Source of the DNA: a virus
Lineage: Duplodnaviria; Caudoviricetes
IMG/VR virus record: IMGVR_UViG_3300020264_000046
Coordinates: 1-24,758 of that record
Length of the DNA stretch: 24,758 nucleotides
Strand: one strand, 5' to 3'
Made by a program: the position numbers and the translations under genes. This document shows positions 15,365 through 22,292 of this stretch, piece by piece. The first letter of the stretch is position 1. The number at the start of each line of letters is the position of its first letter. Below the pieces are notes generated by a model, which worked only from the letters and a program-made list of their open reading frames with translations, made no database searches and was not told the DNA's origin.

Positions 15365-18109
15365 ATGTTGGATCGGACAGACTACTTAGGTAGAGACGGA
15401 TACACTTGGTGGATCGGGGAAGTTGAGAGCAACGAAGACCCCTCCAAACTGGGTCGTGTCCAGGTGCGGATCCTTGGTTGGTATACAGGTCACAAGGCAA
15501 AGCAGGCATATACTAAGGAGTTGCCTACTGAGGTGCTGCCATGGGCAACAGTATTGCTGCCATGCGATAAGGCACAGACAAAGAATACAGGTACAACTAC
15601 TGAGTTGCAGCCTGGATCTTGGGTCATGGGATTCTTTCTTGATGGTGATGAGGCACAGATGCCTGTCGTCATGGGTGCATTCCGTGGTTTCCAAGTAAAA
15701 GAAGATCCTGAGAAGAGGACAACTGCGGCAGATGGCACAGTCGCAGATAAACTGAAGACTCAAACTCCTGGTCAGAAAGACCTTGCTGGTAATGACCGCA
15801 TGGACGGCAGTCCTATGGTTAAGCGTCAGAATACTACACCTACGAATCCTACTGGATCTGGTAACGAAGAATCTCGTGGTGCTATCTCTGCTGCTGAAGA
15901 AACTCTGCCTGGTAATGCTGTAACTAACCCAACTAAACCTCCTGTCGAGAAGCAGGCAATTAGTGATGGCGTTGCTGGTCCTGCTGGCGAAGGTTTCGGC
16001 ACTGATCTAGAGCGTATGCTCACTGAGTTGGGCAACATGGCAGCGACTCTTGCTAGTGGTCCTAGTGGATTCATCTCTCTTGCAACTGGTAAGAAGATTG
16101 CAGGTGATAAGGTGATGGAGCACATGGGTAAGATCATGAATTTCCTTGCTGGTGGTATTGCTGGTATTCTGGCACCACTGAAGGAAATGCTTGCTAAACT
16201 CATTGCTGAGATTGTTGGTAAGATTGTTGCAATTATCTCTAGTTTCGTGCCTTTGGTTGTGATTACCACAATCTTGCAGTTCCTTGAGATGATCTTTAGT
16301 ATCTTCTGTATGAAGACACCGATGTGGTTGGGGCTAGTGCAAGCCGCAATATCGGATGTCTCTGCGTTCGCTAATAATATAGCGACGCAGATTGTAGATA
16401 AGATTGCTGATAAACTTAAGGGTGTTGACTCTGCTGTTAAGGGTGTTACTAACCGTATCCTTAGTGGTATCACTAGCACAATGAATCGTGTTAAGGATAT
16501 TGCTGGCGACGTGATCGCTGCTGTTGATATGGCAAAAGGTATCGCTGGTGCAGCAAGAAGCATCGGTGAGACTGTAAAGATGATCTTTGAGTTTGACTTC
16601 ACTCAACTCAACTGGGCGGGTTTGATTAAAATCATCTTCGCTATCATCAAGATGTTCTTCCAGAAGGATTGCGGGAGGGAGATAAAACGACCGAAGTCGA
16701 AGGCGTGGTATCCGTTGATCGGGACCACGGAATGCGGCGGCAGTATCAATGAAGCAATCGTTGGCACACCATTCTCTAGTTTTGATGATGGTGTCACTGG
16801 AGCAGGTGGCGGTGGTAGTTACATCGATAAGATGTTTACTGCTATCAATACAGACCTCATGGAGGTTGTTACTCACCTCAATGGTGCTAAGGATATCAAT
16901 GATGCAACCCCTGGTGTTGAGAAACAAATCAAACAGGGTCCTGGTGGTGTCTGCACATTCCAAGATGGTCATGGTAACGAGCATAAGAATGTCCCTAACA
17001 ATGAAACTAAGATCATTGCTAGAGACAAGTGTGAGACCATTAAAGGTAACTATGTGCTGACTGTTGAGGGTGACTTCTATCTGAAGGTCATGGGTAACTA
17101 TCACGAGGAAGTGACAGGTGCTAAGAATGATAATGCTTCTCAGGGTCCTCAGGCAGAGTCTGAGGGATCATCTAAGAAACCTGATAAGGTAGATGCTAAG
17201 AGTGATCTAGACAAGCAGAGTCAGAAAGTTGTTAATAGGACTGACAATAAGAAAACTAAGATTTCTAAAGTGGGCACAGATGTGACTTCATCTATTGATG
17301 TTGGTGGTGCTGATAAGTCTTCTACTAGAAAGAAAGACGATAAGAAGCAGGACATGATCAACATGGTCCACATCAAACAGACTGAGCGTGACCAATACTT
17401 TAAGGCATTGCCTGGTGGTCATTTCTATCCTGTTGATGAGATTCCATATCATCCTGAAGCAGACGAGCACGGTAGAGTTCCTTGGGGTAGTCAACTTAAG
17501 GGTAACCTGAAAGATGACAAAGAGCAGAAGTCTGGATCTCGTAAAGAGGGTGACCATGACATTGCATATACTGGTGACGTTAGTATTCAGGGTGCAAAGG
17601 TTAAGATCACTGCAATCAACTCACTAGCATTTAACTCTCAGACTATTAAGACTGAGGCAAACACTATTGAAAACATCGCTTCTGGTGAGATCACTAATGA
17701 AGCAAACTGGATCTCTTCTTTCCTTAACAGTGGTAGATTTGAGATGGTTGCAATCTTCAATCCAATGAAGGCACTGTCTGGTCAATTCACCTTTGTTAAT
17801 GGTGCTATCGTTGATATCACTACAGACCTTCCTATTCCTGGTCTTGCACCTCCCACACAGACTAGAATCTGTCTGGGTACATCGATGCCTGGGTCTATGA
17901 ATGATATCATCATGGGATCTAGCGCAGGTGTCCACTCCACATTCATCGCAACACCTACTGGTGTGATTGCTGAGTTTGTGCCCACTGGTGCCCTGCTGAA
18001 TCAGGTTGCTACTGGTCTGATCCACACAGGCGTCGGCACTGGTTACATGGCAACTGGTTGCGGTCTTGGACCTCATCAGGTTTATGGCTTGCCATTGCTG
18101 CTGAATTGA
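15365..18109 (+). CDS. gp5: Baseplate central spike, gp5-like, without lysozyme domain
   Basis: OB-fold motifs WWIGEVE...DP.KLGRVQVRILG, LPWA, GSWVMGFFLDG..AQ.PVVMG. Beta-helix repeats ETIKGNYVLTVEGDFYLKVMGNYHEEVTG. Confidence 0.88.
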   Translation: MLDRTDYLGRDGYTWWIGEVESNEDPSKLGRVQVRILGWYTGHKAKQAYTKELPTEVLPWATVLLPCDKAQTKNTGTTTELQPGSWVMGFFLDGDEAQMPVVMGAFRGFQVKEDPEKRTTAADGTVADKLKTQTPGQKDLAGNDRMDGSPMVKRQNTTPTNPTGSGNEESRGAISAAEETLPGNAVTNPTKPPVEKQAISDGVAGPAGEGFGTDLERMLTELGNMAATLASGPSGFISLATGKKIAGDKVMEHMGKIMNFLAGGIAGILAPLKEMLAKLIAEIVGKIVAIISSFVPLVVITTILQFLEMIFSIFCMKTPMWLGLVQAAISDVSAFANNIATQIVDKIADKLKGVDSAVKGVTNRILSGITSTMNRVKDIAGDVIAAVDMAKGIAGAARSIGETVKMIFEFDFTQLNWAGLIKIIFAIIKMFFQKDCGREIKRPKSKAWYPLIGTTECGGSINEAIVGTPFSSFDDGVTGAGGGGSYIDKMFTAINTDLMEVVTHLNGAKDINDATPGVEKQIKQGPGGVCTFQDGHGNEHKNVPNNETKIIARDKCETIKGNYVLTVEGDFYLKVMGNYHEEVTGAKNDNASQGPQAESEGSSKKPDKVDAKSDLDKQSQKVVNRTDNKKTKISKVGTDVTSSIDVGGADKSSTRKKDDKKQDMINMVHIKQTERDQYFKALPGGHFYPVDEIPYHPEADEHGRVPWGSQLKGNLKDDKEQKSGSRKEGDHDIAYTGDVSIQGAKVKITAINSLAFNSQTIKTEANTIENIASGEITNEANWISSFLNSGRFEMVAIFNPMKALSGQFTFVNGAIVDITTDLPIPGLAPPTQTRICLGTSMPGSMNDIIMGSSAGVHSTFIATPTGVIAEFVPTGALLNQVATGLIHTGVGTGYMATGCGLGPHQVYGLPLLLN

Positions 18110-18117
18110 TGTATGAT
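18089..18117 (+). promoter_or_regulatory. sigma70-type (early) promoter at the end of gp5
   Basis: TTGCCA(18089-94), 17-nt spacer, TATGAT(18112-17). Confidence 0.65.
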
Positions 18118-18145
18118 ATGGGAGTCTTCATCATGCTCCCATGTC
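18115..18145 (+). promoter_or_regulatory. 11-bp RNA hairpin sequestering the ATG at 18141
   Basis: GATATGGGAGT-(CTTCATCAT)-GCTCCCATGTC: 9 Watson-Crick and 2 GU pairs. Confidence 0.6.
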
Positions 18146-18332
18146 CACGGAAACCTATCTTGAGCACATCTGGGTCAACATCCCCCAACGCACAGTCAAG
18201 ATCCTTGATAACGAAGGATATGACGAGGTGATCAACTGGAAGTTTGATGCTGAAGGTGCTGAGGGATTCTATGAGACCATTGCACAATTCAACGAAAACG
18301 TCCCTAAAGAATTTATTACATATCTCGCATGA
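18141..18332 (+). CDS. Small acidic hypothetical protein
   Basis: 63 aa, ATG downstream of the early promoter; stop overlaps the next ATG (ATGA). Confidence 0.75.
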   Translation: MSTETYLEHIWVNIPQRTVKILDNEGYDEVINWKFDAEGAEGFYETIAQFNENVPKEFITYLA

Positions 18333-18577
18333 ATAGTATTATTACGCTATCCTGTCAAGAAGTCCAAGAAAACTTTGACTTCGTATTTTCTCTAGTGGAG
18401 AGAGGGCACACCATCAAAATTATCCATGACAATGGAGTTTGTATGATGACCCCACTCGTCACTAAAGACAGGGGATCTGAGATAAATATCCCAGACCCTG
18501 AAGAATTTGTGCCCGATCCCGCTGGGGTGCAGGCATACGTTGCAGAGTCTCTGGGAGAAATGACGCAAAACTTCTAA
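18329..18577 (+). CDS. Phd/YefM antitoxin-like protein (putative)
   Basis: N-terminus ITLSCQEVQENFDFVFSLVERGHTIKII matches the Phd/YefM pattern (s..e...nf......v..G..i.I); acidic, Pro-rich tail. Confidence 0.5.
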   Translation: MNSIITLSCQEVQENFDFVFSLVERGHTIKIIHDNGVCMMTPLVTKDRGSEINIPDPEEFVPDPAGVQAYVAESLGEMTQNF

Positions 18578-18578
18578 C

Positions 18579-18851
18579 ATGAATAAGATTCGGATCACTA
18601 ACTCGTTTCACAATCTTAAAGACGTAGGTATAGTCCAGATGTATTTCATACAAGGCATACCATTTACATTTGAAGAGTTACCTGCTCCGATGAAGGACAT
18701 GGAAGAAGTTAAACTAGACGCAGATACAGCACGAGAATATACTATGGAGGATCTCTACAAAGCATCTGACTATCTCGTAATGGAAGGATGTCACCCTATC
18801 CTATTTGACCTTAGTGATTGGATTGAAAATTATGAGGAGGTCCCTGAGTGA
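18579..18851 (+). CDS. Acidic hypothetical cyanophage-type protein
   Basis: 90 aa (VQMYFIQGIPFTFEEL...YLVMEGCHP); starts 1 nt after the upstream stop. Confidence 0.75.
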   Translation: MNKIRITNSFHNLKDVGIVQMYFIQGIPFTFEELPAPMKDMEEVKLDADTAREYTMEDLYKASDYLVMEGCHPILFDLSDWIENYEEVPE

Positions 18852-19038
18852 GTATGAGTTTAATGGTAGACCTGTCACAGCAATAAACATTCTTCTCCTT
18901 ATTAGTGAGATGGAGGGTACATACCAACATCTCAAATATATGGGATTCAAAGAAGATATGGATGCTATTGACGAAATGAAGAAAAGATACTATAGTCTCT
19001 ACTTCAAGCAAAAGAAAAAAGAAAACAATCCTTCTTAG
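18832..19038 (+). CDS. Hypothetical protein (start uncertain)
   Basis: First in-frame ATG at 18832; LLLISEMEGTYQHLKYMGFKEDM...YY.LYF. Its stop lies inside tRNA-Asn. Confidence 0.65.
   Translation: MRRSLSEYEFNGRPVTAINILLLISEMEGTYQHLKYMGFKEDMDAIDEMKKRYYSLYFKQKKKENNPS
18968..18996 (+). promoter_or_regulatory. sigma70-type promoter for the tRNA/ncRNA cluster
   Basis: TTGACG(18968-73), 17-nt spacer, TATAGT(18991-96); predicted start about 26 nt before tRNA-Asn. Confidence 0.7.
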
Positions 19039-19100
19039 CTCAGCGGTAGAGCGAGCGACTGTTAATCGCTTGGTCCCTGGTTCGAATCCAGGAGAGGGAG
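19029..19100 (+). tRNA. trnN: tRNA-Asn (GTT)
   Basis: Acceptor TCCTTCT/AGAGGGA, D arm GCTC..GAGC, anticodon arm AGCGA-CTGTTAA-TCGCT, T arm CCTGG-TTCGAAT-CCAGG; CCA not encoded. Confidence 0.95.
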
Positions 19101-19228
19101 TAGACGGGATGGCGACACCCGTGCTCACATTTCCGAGAGAAAAAAGAATCGGAGCAACAACCCATGTGAGAGAGAGGTGGGATCCCTCTTGACTGCTACC
19201 GTTGATGGACGCATCGGCGGTTATTTTT
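19101..19228 (+). ncRNA. Structured RNA between the tRNAs (possibly manA-motif-like)
   Basis: Five stems identified by eye, including a GCGA-tetraloop hairpin and a nested pair. No ORF on the + strand. Family assignment is unverified. Confidence 0.65.
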
Positions 19229-19300
19229 GCCTCCGTAGCTCAGTGGTAGAGCAGGGCTTTTGTAAAGCTCAGGTCGCAGGTTCAAATCCTGTCAGGGGCT
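19229..19300 (+). tRNA. trnT: tRNA-Thr (TGT)
   Basis: Acceptor GCCTCCG/CAGGGGC (one C-A mismatch), anticodon arm GGGCT-TTTGTAA-AGCTC, T arm GCAGG-TTCAAAT-CCTGT; CCA not encoded. Confidence 0.92.
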
Positions 19301-19316
19301 TTGTCGCTATTATGAC

Positions 19317-19439
19317 ATGCCCAAAAAACAAATGATCGACAAGAATGGTAACACCTGGGAGTGGGAAGAGACTCCCGAAGTTGTTAAAGCATTGAAAAAA
19401 CTCCATGAATCGAGCAACGCTGTCAAAAGGAAAGGTTGA
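19317..19439 (+). CDS. Small 40-aa hypothetical protein (not in the ORF track)
   Basis: MPKKQMIDKNGNTWEWEETPEVVKALKKLHESSNAVKRKG*; fills the gap between tRNA-Thr and the cupin gene. Confidence 0.6.
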   Translation: MPKKQMIDKNGNTWEWEETPEVVKALKKLHESSNAVKRKG

Positions 19440-19890
19440 AGTAGATAACATTACTTGGACCGACGTATTTGACAAATTAGAATACGACAGAGTTAATAAA
19501 ACTTTTACGGTAATTTCACCAAAAGTAAAATCTGAAGAAATTCTTAACGAAACAGATAGTATTGTGTTACACCAAGGTGCAATGAATACTATTATATGTG
19601 AGGGTGAATACGTCCCATTTCAAATGAGACCACTCTTTGACTATATGTGGTCAAGATATGGTATGAGAGAGTTTCATCAATATATTTCCTTTAGTGCTGA
19701 ATCCAGCACATTTGGTAGGCACAATGATAACGTAGATGTAATGATTGTGCCAATTATAGGAAAAATAGGTTATCGTGTAGATGGACTCGGTGAAGTAGAT
19801 ATGGACCCAGGGGATGTGCTATACATACCTAAGTATGTGTATCACGAGCCTGTAGTTTACGGACCCCGAGCTACACTAAGTTTCTCCTGA
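19405..19890 (+). CDS. Cupin/JmjC-type 2OG-Fe(II) oxygenase-like protein
   Basis: FGRHNDNVDV (HxD) and PGDVLYIPKYVYH (distal His). Confidence 0.8.
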   Translation: MNRATLSKGKVEVDNITWTDVFDKLEYDRVNKTFTVISPKVKSEEILNETDSIVLHQGAMNTIICEGEYVPFQMRPLFDYMWSRYGMREFHQYISFSAESSTFGRHNDNVDVMIVPIIGKIGYRVDGLGEVDMDPGDVLYIPKYVYHEPVVYGPRATLSFS

Positions 19891-19895
19891 GGATT

Positions 19896-20249
19896 ATGGA
19901 AGGTATGTACGACACCATCTTATGTCATTATGATATTGGCGCAGGGTTTTGGAAAAGATCACTGCAAACTAAAGATCTTGACGGATGGATGAATACATTT
20001 TTTCTAGACCCAGTAGGACATCTATTTGAAGTTGATTATAGTGACACTCAGGATTTCTCTGAAACAGATCCTAGAGGTTATGTACCCAACGGTTTGCATG
20101 GTAAGGTAAGACCATACTATGCTACGAAAGAGATAGAAGTATATCCATCCAAATGGGATGCACACTATGCACCGTTTCCAAGGATGAATCTTATTTTTAA
20201 CAAAGGCACACTGATTAGGGTTAGTACTCCAGGACAGGTTAGGTTATGA
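19896..20249 (+). CDS. Hypothetical phage protein
   Basis: GAGGA ribosome-binding site, ATG 19896; GMYDTI...QTKDLD motif; stop overlaps the next ATG. Confidence 0.75.
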   Translation: MEGMYDTILCHYDIGAGFWKRSLQTKDLDGWMNTFFLDPVGHLFEVDYSDTQDFSETDPRGYVPNGLHGKVRPYYATKEIEVYPSKWDAHYAPFPRMNLIFNKGTLIRVSTPGQVRL

Positions 20250-20920
20250 GACTGCGTAATGCTATTTTGGCGGGTTTGATGTTTAGTTTGGCACATGGTG
20301 GTGTGCAGGCAGGAGAGGATAAGATTACTAAAGGATACAACAGCATGGATGCCATGGGTTGTATGCTGCTCCGTGAATGCAAAGATAATGTGGAAGAGGT
20401 ATTCTCTCTGCTAGATATCTCTAGTCAGTATAAAAACCCTGAGAGGTATACATTCGCAGCGACAGAGTTTAATAGGTTGCTAATGACACTCCATCAGATT
20501 GGTGTCAAAGTATATCTCGCTGATCAAAAGTATTTCCCCGTTGGTCATCGTGGTGTCTATCATACTGTTAGTAATAACTTCTATCTTAATAGGAGATATA
20601 TGCATGATCCTGCTGTCCTGATGCAACTTATGCGTCATGAAGGATGGCACGCTGCTCAAGATTGCATGGCAGGCACCATTGAGAATAGTATGATTGCTAT
20701 CATCAAACCTGAAGAGGATGTGCCTATGATCTGGAAAGTCATGGCAGAGCGCACCTATCCCGCCAATGCTGTGCCGTGGGAAGCGGAAGCAGGTTGGGCA
20801 GGACGCACTGAGGGTATGACTCAGGCAGCACTGGAAGCATGTGCAACTGGTAAAATGTGGGAGATTTATCCTCCAACACCATTGACTAACGAATGGTTAG
20901 TGGAGAATGGTTATAAATAA
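20246..20920 (+). CDS. Secreted HExxH (zincin-like) putative metallopeptidase
   Basis: Signal peptide MRLRNAILAGLMFSLAHGGVQA; LMRHEGWHAAQ followed by WEAEA (candidate third Zn ligand). Confidence 0.7.
   Translation: MRLRNAILAGLMFSLAHGGVQAGEDKITKGYNSMDAMGCMLLRECKDNVEEVFSLLDISSQYKNPERYTFAATEFNRLLMTLHQIGVKVYLADQKYFPVGHRGVYHTVSNNFYLNRRYMHDPAVLMQLMRHEGWHAAQDCMAGTIENSMIAIIKPEEDVPMIWKVMAERTYPANAVPWEAEAGWAGRTEGMTQAALEACATGKMWEIYPPTPLTNEWLVENGYK
20912..20919 (+). promoter_or_regulatory. T4 late promoter
   Basis: Perfect TATAAATA overlapping the upstream stop, 28 nt before GTG 20948. Confidence 0.8.
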
Positions 20921-20947
20921 AACTGTAGCAAATCGTGTTGAGATTTC

Positions 20948-22285
20948 GTGGCAACTAAACGTATATCCCAATTAGATACGATTGCAGATGCGCTCGTTAC
21001 TGGCGAAGCAATCCTGCCTATCGTTATCTCTGACCCTCTGATTCCTAACCGTAAGGCAAAGGTCAATCAATTATTTCGTGGTGTGAGCGCAGGTAGCGCA
21101 TCAGCGCCAGGATTGGCTTTTGATTTGGACCGAGACAGCGGGATCTATCAATCTGCCATCAATGAAATTGGTCTTGCATTCGGATCAGCATCTCTTTATA
21201 ATACTAGAAGAGAGAATACTGACGGATCTTCTACTCTAGTCATTCGTGCTGTTGACAGTGCATCTGCAACTTCCAGCATGGAGATGACACCACAGGGTAG
21301 TGGTTTCTTCACAGTTAATGGTCCTATTATCCAGACCGACGCACAATTCTTCTTGCAAGGTGATCAAAACCCTGCAAAGAGAGTGCAATTCAACGTTGAT
21401 ACAATCTCTACACAGTCTGGCACACGTCGTTTTGATCTACCTAATGTAGGCACAAACACTAGCACAACTATTGTCGCTAATGACACATTCCAGACTATCA
21501 CGAATAAGACGATCATCATCAAGGATGCTGAGCTCCAGATTACTGGATCTACTGCAACTGACAAGATCGCAAAGTTTGAGTGTGATGCTTGGGAGAGTCC
21601 TGGTCAACACACTTATAAACTGCCTGACTTTGGTGCTGCTAACACTCAGTCTACATTGTTGGATGACATCTCAGAGCAGAATGTCTTCAACAAGAATATG
21701 GTTAACCCCACATTCTCCAACACGCCTTCAACGGACGAGGAGAATGATCCCACAAGGTATGTGATCTTTGATTCTTCACTGCTGACCAATAACCGTACGG
21801 TTACTTTCCCTGATATGAATATCAAGGTGGTTGGTGAAGCATCTTCTCAGACACTTACAAACAAGATTTACAAAGGCGCAATTTTTGCTGACGTTGGTGA
21901 TGAAACCAGAAAGATCCAGTTGGATCTCAGCAACATTGAGGACAACCAAACTTATGTGTTTAGTTTCCCTGATGATGACCCATCAGCACCTTTGAATAAT
22001 GGATTGGCATCTAACATGCTGGTCTCTGAGAGAAAAACACAGACTCTCTACAATAAAACGCTAGAGCTGGCGAAGATAAATAACCCAGACGACGTTAACG
22101 GTATCATCACCATTGATGCTACCAACTTGACTGGTGCTCGCACCATTCAATTCCCCGACGCTGACGCAACGTTGCTGTCTACTAATAACATTAGTGAAGT
22201 GGCAATTACTTTCGGTGGCGCACTCTCCGCTCCTGTGTTGGGTGGACAACTAAGACTACAATCCTTTTTCCAAGCAGGTTGGTAA
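20948..22285 (+). CDS. Virion structural / fibre-like protein with internal repeats
   Basis: GTG start; KRISQL and GSASAPGLAFD.D.DSG motifs of phage fibre proteins; repeated xxPD...QTLTNK units; late promoter upstream. Confidence 0.75.
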   Translation: MATKRISQLDTIADALVTGEAILPIVISDPLIPNRKAKVNQLFRGVSAGSASAPGLAFDLDRDSGIYQSAINEIGLAFGSASLYNTRRENTDGSSTLVIRAVDSASATSSMEMTPQGSGFFTVNGPIIQTDAQFFLQGDQNPAKRVQFNVDTISTQSGTRRFDLPNVGTNTSTTIVANDTFQTITNKTIIIKDAELQITGSTATDKIAKFECDAWESPGQHTYKLPDFGAANTQSTLLDDISEQNVFNKNMVNPTFSNTPSTDEENDPTRYVIFDSSLLTNNRTVTFPDMNIKVVGEASSQTLTNKIYKGAIFADVGDETRKIQLDLSNIEDNQTYVFSFPDDDPSAPLNNGLASNMLVSERKTQTLYNKTLELAKINNPDDVNGIITIDATNLTGARTIQFPDADATLLSTNNISEVAITFGGALSAPVLGGQLRLQSFFQAGW

Positions 22286-22292
22286 TTAACAA

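Noticed and set aside
15826-17104. Long antisense ORFs (258 aa and 256 aa) opposite gp5, and similar ones opposite the tape-measure and fibre genes
   Set aside because: They are shadows of sense-strand codon bias (Ser/Pro/Ile/Thr-rich translations) with no recognisable motifs or expression signals.
18481-18488. GATAAATA inside the Phd-like ORF as a late promoter
   Set aside because: It may arise from E-I-N-I codons within an apparently early operon; it cannot be supported without TSS data.
19029-19300. tRNAs as a prophage integration site
   Set aside because: No integrase, duplicated tRNA 3' end or host genes; both flanks are phage genes.
18811-19475. Minus-strand ORFs 18811-19128 and 19269-19475
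   Set aside because: These are antisense translations of tRNA genes (GFEP motifs come from the T loops).
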